A DNA stretch of 32,000 nt. It comes from Candidatus Saccharimonadota bacterium (GTDB lineage: Bacteria; Patescibacteriota; Saccharimonadia; Saccharimonadales; Saccharimonadaceae). Numbering within the stretch: the first letter of the stretch is position 1; each line of letters starts with the position of its first letter. The position numbers were made by a program, and so were the translations under genes. The notes below the pieces were generated by a model. It ran no database searches. It was not told where the DNA came from and was given only the letters and a program-made list of their open reading frames with translations. Below are positions 21,374 to 29,238 of the stretch, in pieces. Location of the stretch: assembly GCA_039920285.1 (NCBI GenBank), contig JBDSDX010000001.1, positions 180,001 through 212,000 on the forward strand. Direction: 5' to 3'.

Positions 21374-22384
21374 ATGAATAACGATTTTATAGTACCACGA
21401 GGTCATGTGCATTCACGCGGACGTATACGCTCTACGCCTCGGGGACCTTTGACGATGCGTGACGTAAACTATACTCGTCGACCAATTCCCAACCCGTATA
21501 ACGGCGTGATAAACAGACGAACAACTATTGTGATGGCGCCCGTCTCTATAACGATTGATCAGCCACGAGTACGTGAAAAGCTTGAGACTAAGGTGAATGT
21601 CGAACTCGACATTGAATATAACGACAAGGCACATACTGTATCAAGCGCTGTTGTTGTAGAGCCGCCGCTAACTCACCAAAAGAAATCATTACGTGCATTC
21701 CGCAAAAACAATATTACCCGAGCTCTCATCATTGGCTTAGCTATTATCGTACTAGCAGTAACTGGCTACGTCGGGTTTGATACGTGGCAAACCAATAATC
21801 GAGTAAAGACACAGCTGGGTCAATCAGGAGGTGTTGGTACAAACGGTGAATCAAGTACACCTGAAGCACGTCAAGCAGCTGAGGGAAGCGACAAAACTCC
21901 ACTCGTTACCAATGCCCTTAAGAACTATGCCGTTGCACCCGATCTTCCACGAGCTTTATATATCGAGAAGGCACATGTTGCTGCACGTATTCTACCTATG
22001 AATGTTAATCCTGATAGTAGTGTTCAAGCACCAATCAATATATTTGATTCAGGATGGTATACAGGCAGCGTCAAACCAGGAGAAGTCGGCGCTATGTTTA
22101 TTGATGGTCATTCATCTGGCGCAACTCACGAAGGACTATTCGGCAATCTTGATAAGTTGGTTGTGGGAGATACACTGCAAGTTGAAAAAGGCGATGGAAC
22201 ACGGTTGACCTATAAGGTTGTACATACGGCTGTAGTCGATAAAGATAACGTCGATATGAGACAAATGTTATTGCCATACGGCAACGCACTCCGCGCATTG
22301 AATTTGATAACCTGCACCGGTACGTGGGTTGATAATTCACAAACTCTTAGTCAGCGTTTTGAAGTATTTACTGAACAAATCTGA
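21374..22384 (+). CDS. sortase (transpeptidase) with a long N-terminal cytoplasmic extension and one TM helix
   Basis: Catalytic motifs are FIDGHSSG (His), LNLITCTG (TLxTC-type Cys) and a C-terminal Arg (SQRFEVF). The TM helix is ALIIGLAIIVLAVTGYVGF. Confidence 0.8.
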   Translation: MNNDFIVPRGHVHSRGRIRSTPRGPLTMRDVNYTRRPIPNPYNGVINRRTTIVMAPVSITIDQPRVREKLETKVNVELDIEYNDKAHTVSSAVVVEPPLTHQKKSLRAFRKNNITRALIIGLAIIVLAVTGYVGFDTWQTNNRVKTQLGQSGGVGTNGESSTPEARQAAEGSDKTPLVTNALKNYAVAPDLPRALYIEKAHVAARILPMNVNPDSSVQAPINIFDSGWYTGSVKPGEVGAMFIDGHSSGATHEGLFGNLDKLVVGDTLQVEKGDGTRLTYKVVHTAVVDKDNVDMRQMLLPYGNALRALNLITCTGTWVDNSQTLSQRFEVFTEQI

Positions 22385-22387
22385 TAC

Positions 22388-23233
22388 TTATTTAGCTTTG
22401 TGAACGACAAGTTGTGGGAAGGCAATCTTGATACCTTTTTGCTGAAAGGCGTGGAGTAATCGACGTCGATACTCGCCGGCAATTTCCCATTGCTTGGCTG
22501 GTACAACTTTGCCGATGACTTTGATAATCACCCCTGATTTTCCGAGTTCATCAACACGGAAGAAATGCATTGGTTCTTGGATGACCTTGTTGAGCTCTTT
22601 GTCTTTTAACATGTCTTTGCCAACTTGATTCATGACAGATTCGACAAGGTCAATGTCACTGTCGTAGGTGACGCCAATATCGATGACGACACTGGAGTAT
22701 CTGAATGTTCGGTTGGTGATAATACTTGCTTCGCCATTACGAATAATATGAAGTGTGCTGTCGAGATCGCGTAGTTTAGTAATGCGTAGTGAAATATCTT
22801 CAACGATACCTGAGGTTTCTTGGCTGACACCTCCTCCGTTGAGAGTGACGATATCACCGACGCGGTATTGACCTTCGACGAGTATGAAAATGCCTGCTAA
22901 GTAATCACGGATAGTGGCTTGAGCGCCGAACCCGATAATAATTCCTAAGAATCCAGCCCCGGCTGCGATCTGTCCCAGGTTAAACTGCAACACACTAAGG
23001 ATTGCACCAGCCGCGATTAGTATGATAATAACCGCTGATGTTGCTCGGAATACACTTGAGATAGTTTTTTCTTGCTTCTCGCGATCATCAGGTGTCTCAA
23101 AGTCGTGACGGAGCATGACGCGGTGAATAAATGAGTTGATGATGCGACTACTAAAATGCCGGGCAACAAACGCAATAACGATAATAATAATGATTTGTGT
23201 CAGTGGATGCGATAAAATTTGTGAAATAACCAT
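22388..23233 (-). CDS. small-conductance mechanosensitive channel (MscS family)
   Basis: Three N-terminal TM helices, then QYRVGDIVTLNGG...GIVEDISLRITKLRDLDSTLHIIRNG, typical of the MscS beta-domain. Confidence 0.8.
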   Translation of the reverse strand: MVISQILSHPLTQIIIIIVIAFVARHFSSRIINSFIHRVMLRHDFETPDDREKQEKTISSVFRATSAVIIILIAAGAILSVLQFNLGQIAAGAGFLGIIIGFGAQATIRDYLAGIFILVEGQYRVGDIVTLNGGGVSQETSGIVEDISLRITKLRDLDSTLHIIRNGEASIITNRTFRYSSVVIDIGVTYDSDIDLVESVMNQVGKDMLKDKELNKVIQEPMHFFRVDELGKSGVIIKVIGKVVPAKQWEIAGEYRRRLLHAFQQKGIKIAFPQLVVHKAK

Positions 23234-23354
23234 ATGTACTATGGTAGCATGTCGAACACCGAGAGATTACGCATTACTCCAGAAGCTACGTATTCGTTAT
23301 ACTCCTTGCATTATCATGACCTTTTTACCATACTGTAACTTTTAAGGAGAATAT

Positions 23355-23993
23355 ATGACTGAACTTGCTGAAGTGTCCGGAAAAACTCGATTGTATGAAG
23401 AATTACTTTTTACCGAAGAACAGGTAACAAAGAGAGTTGATGAGATGGCTGAAGAAATTATTTCTCAATACGACCCTGAGAATACGCTATTCGTCGGTCT
23501 ACTGAATGGTGCACTTCCTTTTCATTCCGCACTTATGAAATCAATCGCTCATCTTGATCCGGAGTTTCATCCAAATGCGCAATTTATGACATTGAGTCGC
23601 TACGGTGAAAATCGTGAACCTGTAGAGCAACCACGCTTGGTGATGGATCTCCCAAATGCGTATGCGGATTTGACCGGGCAAGTTGTCGTAGTGGTTGATG
23701 ATTTGATTGACGAAGGCGTAACGCTTAATCGTGCAAGAGATATTATGTTAAGCCGTGGTGCTGCAGAAGTTAATTCGTTAGTACTTGTGAAGAAAGATAA
23801 AGAATTTGTTCCACTCGGAAATCAGGCAATTCGCGGAATGGTGAAGTTTGGCTTTGCTGCTCCAGATAAATGGCTGACTGGTATGGGAATGGACGATGCG
23901 CGGCTGACTATTGATAGCAACCGGCTTGGTGGTGAAGGAAATCGCTGGGCTCCATGGATTGCAATCGCAAATCCTCAACCCGAATCTGAATAA
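23355..23993 (+). CDS. hpt: hypoxanthine/guanine phosphoribosyltransferase-like protein
   Basis: SD AAGGAG. PRPP-binding motif VVVVVDDLIDEGVTL, and an Hpt-like N-terminus (VTKRVDEMAEEIISQY...LLNGALPF). Confidence 0.6.
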   Translation: MTELAEVSGKTRLYEELLFTEEQVTKRVDEMAEEIISQYDPENTLFVGLLNGALPFHSALMKSIAHLDPEFHPNAQFMTLSRYGENREPVEQPRLVMDLPNAYADLTGQVVVVVDDLIDEGVTLNRARDIMLSRGAAEVNSLVLVKKDKEFVPLGNQAIRGMVKFGFAAPDKWLTGMGMDDARLTIDSNRLGGEGNRWAPWIAIANPQPESE

Positions 23994-24022
23994 GCCTCGT
24001 CTATTCTTGTTATACTTATCTC

Positions 24023-25270
24023 ATGACTGCGAATCAAACGACTCGTTTAAAAACTAACTTTGATTCACTCGATTTTCTTTCAGAGTCGAGTACGCTTACT
24101 ACCCTCGAAACAGCAGCTGACCTGTTTGTTCACTATGATAATGATAAAGCACAAATTTGGGCTTCGAGCCGAGACTGGTTTATGGAACAGTGGGGACGCG
24201 ATACGTTCATTTCATTACCTGGTTTACTGCTAACGACTGAAAAATATGATGCTGCGAGGAAAGTGTTTCTTGATTTTGCACAGTATGAACGCGGAGGGTT
24301 AATCCCAAACCGTATTCGCGATGGCATTATTTTATATAACACGGCTGACGGATCGCTCTGGTTTGTCCATGCGTTGAAGATGTATATAGAAGCGACTCAA
24401 GACTGGGCATTTATTCAACAATTACTCCCGAGACTACGAAATATTATTCTTGGGTATATGCGTGGTGCGACGTATGAAAGAACCGGCAAAGAATACCGCA
24501 TCGGTATGGATGATAGAGATGGGCTTATTGGGTCGCCAGCACAGGCTTCATGGATGGACGCTGATCCTGCGGGCGACGGGTCAGAGCCGGTGACACCTCG
24601 AGCGGGGAAGTGTGTTGAGATTAATGCACTTTGGTATAATGCGCTTCGTTTTGTGATTGATGTCGAAAAACGACTCGATCCGCATGTCGATGTGACTGAG
24701 CTAGAAACGCAAGCATCGCGTGTCAAAGTTTCATTCCAAAAATTCTGGAATGATAAGACGGGGTGTTTATACGACGTTATTGATAGTGATGAAACGGGTA
24801 GTGCAATTCGACCAAATCAAATCTTTGCTATTAGTCATGGTTTAGATCTTTTAACTTCTGAACAAAAAGAAGCTGTTCTTGCTGTCGTGAAGCGAGATCT
24901 TTTGACAGCTGGAGGACTCAGAACGTTATCACCGCATGACCCACTATATAAAGGCGAATATGATACGAGCGCACCGGTAGATATAAAAGATTTGGGATAT
25001 CACCAAGGGACGGTCTGGCCGTGGCTCATTGGTGCATATTGCGATGCACTACGGATCGTTAAGGGTGATCAGGTGGATGGTGAGATTGGTGAAGTCATTG
25101 CACCACTTGTAAACTTTTGTTTAGAAAGTGAATTCAAATCGTTACCTGAAGTGTTTTCTGGAAATTCATTGGAACCGGGAGGTACGACGTCTCAAGCATG
25201 GAGTGTCGCGGAGGTACTTCGAATATCGAAGGGTTGCTCGTTTAGACTGAGAAACTATCGCCAAACTTAG
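24023..25270 (+). CDS. amylo-alpha-1,6-glucosidase / glycogen-debranching-enzyme C-terminal (GDE_C) family protein
   Basis: EQWGRDTFISLPGLLL, IPNRI...YNTADGSLWF, SWMDA, NALWYNAL and HQGTVWPWLIG are typical (alpha/alpha)6 GDE_C motifs. TGTTATACT lies 6 nt before the ATG. Confidence 0.7.
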   Translation: MTANQTTRLKTNFDSLDFLSESSTLTTLETAADLFVHYDNDKAQIWASSRDWFMEQWGRDTFISLPGLLLTTEKYDAARKVFLDFAQYERGGLIPNRIRDGIILYNTADGSLWFVHALKMYIEATQDWAFIQQLLPRLRNIILGYMRGATYERTGKEYRIGMDDRDGLIGSPAQASWMDADPAGDGSEPVTPRAGKCVEINALWYNALRFVIDVEKRLDPHVDVTELETQASRVKVSFQKFWNDKTGCLYDVIDSDETGSAIRPNQIFAISHGLDLLTSEQKEAVLAVVKRDLLTAGGLRTLSPHDPLYKGEYDTSAPVDIKDLGYHQGTVWPWLIGAYCDALRIVKGDQVDGEIGEVIAPLVNFCLESEFKSLPEVFSGNSLEPGGTTSQAWSVAEVLRISKGCSFRLRNYRQT

Positions 25271-25850
25271 CTATTCTTTTGTTAAAGTCTTTAGTCATTT
25301 CTTCGATTTCATTTTTTAACTCAAGTCGTTCTTCGGCGTCGTCAGTTTCGGTGATTCTTTTAATCTTTTTTTGGACTTCATTCAAATGCGTTTGAAGATC
25401 TTCGAGTAACTTAATAAGTTCTTCAAAGAATTTCTTGAGCATTTCGAGACCTTCACCAATCTCACCAAGTTCATCGCTAATACCGCGTAGTTCATCGGCA
25501 GTTTTTTCGAGTCCTGCAGAGATGCTATTAAGTTTGCCAAGCATTGATTCGGCGCCACCTTCAGAGTCAACGTTCGCTGCGAGTGATTCAAGATCATCCG
25601 GAGTCTCAGGTTCGGTATCTTCTAGGTCAGGCTCAACCTCTTTAGTCTCAGAAGCTTCCTCGGAATCATTGCCTTTATCAAAAGCAGCGATCGCCTCATC
25701 AGCTAATTCAGTAGGAAGACCAAGTTCAGCTGCATGATCTCTAATTTCTTGCACTGCTTGTTCGTGAGTTTCTAATTCTCCCACTTCATTACGGCCAGCG
25801 CTTTCGCTAGTTGGTGTTTCGTTGGTGGGGGCTTCTGATGGATATGTCAT
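25242..25850 (-). CDS. highly acidic hypothetical protein (202 aa), disordered N-terminal half and coiled-coil C-terminal half
   Basis: Long ORF with a strong D/E bias. Its 3' end overlaps the GDE gene 3' end by 29 nt. Confidence 0.5.
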   Translation of the reverse strand: MTYPSEAPTNETPTSESAGRNEVGELETHEQAVQEIRDHAAELGLPTELADEAIAAFDKGNDSEEASETKEVEPDLEDTEPETPDDLESLAANVDSEGGAESMLGKLNSISAGLEKTADELRGISDELGEIGEGLEMLKKFFEELIKLLEDLQTHLNEVQKKIKRITETDDAEERLELKNEIEEMTKDFNKRIAKFGDSFSV

Positions 25851-25982
25851 TTTTTTGTTTTATTTTTAAACTTATTTCTACATTAGCATAAGTATTACAA
25901 TAAGTCAATTAGCTGTTGAGAATAGTATAGAAACGGTGGGTCTATTGACTATAGTGGTACGGTTGGAGCAGAATTGCTTTAG

Positions 25983-27476
25983 ATGCTAACAAAACTACTC
26001 AATAGGGTGTCAATGTATCGACTCATGTCGATTATGCTAACGTCTTTGTGGGTAATCTCTCTCACCCTCTCGCTTACTGGATATATTCATTATTCACCGT
26101 GGGCAATGGTGGCAAGTATTGGGGTATTAGGAATCGTTGTCTTCGTGACGAGCGTTGTGTTCGGACGCCTGCTGGGTGTTCGTGTTCATACTGAATCATC
26201 ATATATTACTGCTTTTATCTTGTTCTTTATATTTACACCAACATTAGATGTCGGCTCTTTGGGAGTCTTGGCGTTAGTTGGATGTATTGCTGCAGCTTCA
26301 AAATTTATCTTGGTGTACAAGGGCCGACACATATTTAACCCTGCAGCGGCGGGCGCATTTATTATTAGTTTAACAGGGCTTGGCTTTGCAAGTTGGTGGG
26401 TGGGCGCAGCAGTACTTTCTCCATTCACGTTCATAATTGGATTTTTGGTTATTCAAAAGACCCGTCGATTTTTAACAAGCGGTGTATTCCTCGGACTGTC
26501 GATCCCGTTGATATACCTGGTTCAACTCAGTAACGGTAGTTCAGAGACCGATGCGGCTGTACTGCTACTATCATTACCACTGTTTTATTTCTCAGGTTTT
26601 ATGCTAACAGAACCACAAACTTTACCATCTAAACCGTGGCAAAAAATCTTCGAAGTTATTGTAGTGGTGATTGTCTTTGCTGTGCCGATTCATACTGGGT
26701 TGTTTAATTCGAATCCAGCGATGGCCTTGGTGATTGGTAACTTGATCGCCTTCGGATTCACTCGTCGCCGTGCCATTATTTTGAAGTACAAGGGAAGTAA
26801 GAAATTAACGTCAGCTTCAAGAGAGCTTACGTTTACGCCAACTCATCGCGTCGAATTTGAACCTGGTCAGTATATCGAAATTAACCTGCCGCATAAGGGT
26901 AAGGATGCGAGAGGCGAACGTCGCTCATTTAGTATCACTTCCTCTGAAACGGACAGAGATATTACACTGGGTGTTAAGTTCTATACACCCCCGAGCAGTT
27001 TTAAGAACGCTCTTAAAGATCTTGCTGTTGGTAAAGTTATTACGGCCACACGCGTGAGCGGTGACTTTATTTTGCCAGCTGACCCGATTCAACCGCTACT
27101 ATTCGTCGCGGGGGGAATTGGAATTACGCCATTTATCAGTATGTTACGGACTATGAATAAGTTGCACGAGACGAGGAATATCGTATTGGTGTATTCCGTC
27201 AGTACCTTAGAAGATCTTGCCTACTGGAATGTTATTAAATCGTCGGGGATCAAAGTTTTTGTCGTATGTAACACGACAGAAAAGCTTGATATCAAAAATG
27301 GAAAACTTATTAAAGAGGCGCATGTGACACTCGAGTCGTTGCAAAAGAATATCCCTGATATTGAAAGTCGACGAGCCTACATTTCGGGCCCACCGTTCAT
27401 GATTGATAGTGTCAAACATACACTCAAGAAACTGGATGTGAAGCACATTAAGACTGACTATTTCATTGGCTACTAA
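25983..27476 (+). CDS. fusion oxidoreductase: polytopic membrane domain + ferredoxin-NADP-reductase-type FAD/NAD(P)-binding domain
   Basis: About 8 TM helices with a HIFNPAAAG motif. These are followed by RSFSITS (RxYS-type FAD motif), GGIGITPF (NAD(P) motif) and YISGPPFM. Confidence 0.7.
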   Translation: MLTKLLNRVSMYRLMSIMLTSLWVISLTLSLTGYIHYSPWAMVASIGVLGIVVFVTSVVFGRLLGVRVHTESSYITAFILFFIFTPTLDVGSLGVLALVGCIAAASKFILVYKGRHIFNPAAAGAFIISLTGLGFASWWVGAAVLSPFTFIIGFLVIQKTRRFLTSGVFLGLSIPLIYLVQLSNGSSETDAAVLLLSLPLFYFSGFMLTEPQTLPSKPWQKIFEVIVVVIVFAVPIHTGLFNSNPAMALVIGNLIAFGFTRRRAIILKYKGSKKLTSASRELTFTPTHRVEFEPGQYIEINLPHKGKDARGERRSFSITSSETDRDITLGVKFYTPPSSFKNALKDLAVGKVITATRVSGDFILPADPIQPLLFVAGGIGITPFISMLRTMNKLHETRNIVLVYSVSTLEDLAYWNVIKSSGIKVFVVCNTTEKLDIKNGKLIKEAHVTLESLQKNIPDIESRRAYISGPPFMIDSVKHTLKKLDVKHIKTDYFIGY

Positions 27477-27586
27477 TAATTCTTAAATTTTATCATCAAC
27501 CCTTTAAAACATACGTTAACTGATTGCTCAACGATACCTCTTATGGTAGGATTGAAGTAACGAAGTAAGTGGAGAGAGCGAATTTC

Positions 27587-28090
27587 ATGGAAAATATTCC
27601 TGTGCATACAAACGGTCACGATCAAAGGACACACCTTTCTCATCCTGGTGTTGATAAAACCCCAAAGGGTAAACGAATGCAACGTCGTCGCATCGTCATT
27701 TCTATTATTGCTGTCCTCATTTTAGCCGGCCTCGTTATCGGTGGCCTATCTATGGTTCGTCAATTATCTGGGGTTGCAATAGACTCAGGTAAATACCAAG
27801 CGGTGTTCCTCTCGAGCGGACAAGTATATTTTGGTAAACTTCAGAATACCGGTGGTGATTACATGAAATTGACTGACGTCTTCTATCTCCAGACAAAGAC
27901 TGATACGAGTTCTGGTAATCCACAGAAGACAGCGACTAGCGATACGAATGTCGAACTCATCAAACTCGGTAGTGAGATACATGGTCCGGAAGATGCGATG
28001 ATCATTAGCCGTACACAAGTGTTGTTTTACGAAAACCTTAAAGCTGACGGCAAGGTTTCTCAATCGATTGTTAATTACCGCAAGCAATAG
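27587..28090 (+). CDS. membrane-anchored hypothetical protein
   Basis: ATG 27587 with GGAGAG at 27571-27576. A single TM helix (IVISIIAVLILAGLVIGGLSMV) is followed by a beta-rich domain. Confidence 0.55.
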   Translation: MENIPVHTNGHDQRTHLSHPGVDKTPKGKRMQRRRIVISIIAVLILAGLVIGGLSMVRQLSGVAIDSGKYQAVFLSSGQVYFGKLQNTGGDYMKLTDVFYLQTKTDTSSGNPQKTATSDTNVELIKLGSEIHGPEDAMIISRTQVLFYENLKADGKVSQSIVNYRKQ

Positions 28091-28095
28091 ATATC

Positions 28096-28590
28096 GTGAA
28101 GAAAAATGTGCTACGAAAGATCAGGAATATCGCGATTAGCGTTGGGATACTCCTGGTTCTTTTTATTGGTGCTGGTGTTGCCTACACATTTTATATGAGT
28201 CAGACTGAAACACCGAAAATTGTTACTACGCCAGTTGTTGATAAAAAAAACACGATTACACATGTTAAGATCGCTGCTAATGCACCCGCAAGTGCGTCGG
28301 TTCAATCTATCACAACGCCAATTATGCCAGGTGATAATGCCTCAATTTCGATTAAAAGTAACCCCGGTTCAAGTTGCGCGATCAAAGTCGAATACAATAA
28401 AATACCTAGTACTGATTCGGGTTTGAAAGACAAAGTGAGTGATGAGTTTGGTATTACCACGTGGTCATGGACTATTGAACCGACCGCACCCGAAGGCAAG
28501 TGGCCAGTCTCAGTAACATGCACGTACAATACAAAAACTGCAGTTGTTGTGGGTGACTTGGTTGTTTCTAAAACAATTCTAACTGAATAG
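28096..28590 (+). CDS. membrane-anchored hypothetical protein (Ig-like/beta-rich ectodomain)
   Basis: GTG start 5 nt after the preceding stop. TM helix IAISVGILLVLFIGAGVAYTFY. Confidence 0.5.
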   Translation: MKKNVLRKIRNIAISVGILLVLFIGAGVAYTFYMSQTETPKIVTTPVVDKKNTITHVKIAANAPASASVQSITTPIMPGDNASISIKSNPGSSCAIKVEYNKIPSTDSGLKDKVSDEFGITTWSWTIEPTAPEGKWPVSVTCTYNTKTAVVVGDLVVSKTILTE

Positions 28591-29217
28591 CTACTTCAAC
28601 GAGTTGACGTATTTTGCCCAATCGTCATCTGATACTTTAAGACTCGACTTAATTAACACAAGAATATTATTTTTTACGAATATGACCGACTGTGGACCTT
28701 TTGCGGAAGTCCCAATATAGACAGTGATATCGCCAACGGTAACCTTTTCGGTTGCTTTATAGCCGGCAGCGAGTTGTTCGACTTGGCTATTAGTATCTTC
28801 TTTAAACTCAGGAGGCAGTGGCTGTTCTGAGACATTTATTTGCTTCCCGTTTATGGTATCAACGTATGCAAAGACAGGGTTACGATCAGGAGGGCTCACG
28901 CGTGTCCATCCACCGAAGTCAGTGATAGTTTTGCCTTCAGGGAGAACAGTCGGATAATCAGGTGTCTTTTGTAAGCTTGTGTCTTTTGTTTTTGTTATTG
29001 TCTGTGTCGGGTGGACGGTGAGGAAGGCGCTAATCAGGAGTACAGTGAGTGTCGCAATAACTGCAATGATAATAATCAATCCAACAGCCTGCACGAGACG
29101 TCGTCTCTTTTTGTTTAGTGAGGCATATTTTGCACGGATTTGTTTTGAAAAGGGAATCGAAAAGGTACCAGGCATCTTGATGTGTATTTCGATAGCAGGT
29201 TTCTTTGGTTCGGTCAT
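28591..29217 (-). CDS. membrane-anchored hypothetical protein, downstream of the Kelch gene
   Basis: TM helix LVQAVGLIIIIAVIATLTVLLISAFL. It starts 21 nt after the Kelch gene stop. Confidence 0.55.
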   Translation of the reverse strand: MTEPKKPAIEIHIKMPGTFSIPFSKQIRAKYASLNKKRRRLVQAVGLIIIIAVIATLTVLLISAFLTVHPTQTITKTKDTSLQKTPDYPTVLPEGKTITDFGGWTRVSPPDRNPVFAYVDTINGKQINVSEQPLPPEFKEDTNSQVEQLAAGYKATEKVTVGDITVYIGTSAKGPQSVIFVKNNILVLIKSSLKVSDDDWAKYVNSLK

Positions 29218-29238
29218 ATTTGTAGTATACCAGTCGTA

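Noticed and set aside
25435-25737. 100-aa Ser-rich + strand ORF opposite the acidic protein gene
   Set aside because: It is the mirror frame of a D/E-rich (GAn-rich) gene, and the S-rich product is an artefact. The minus-strand ORF is twice as long and has a plausible coiled-coil C-terminus.
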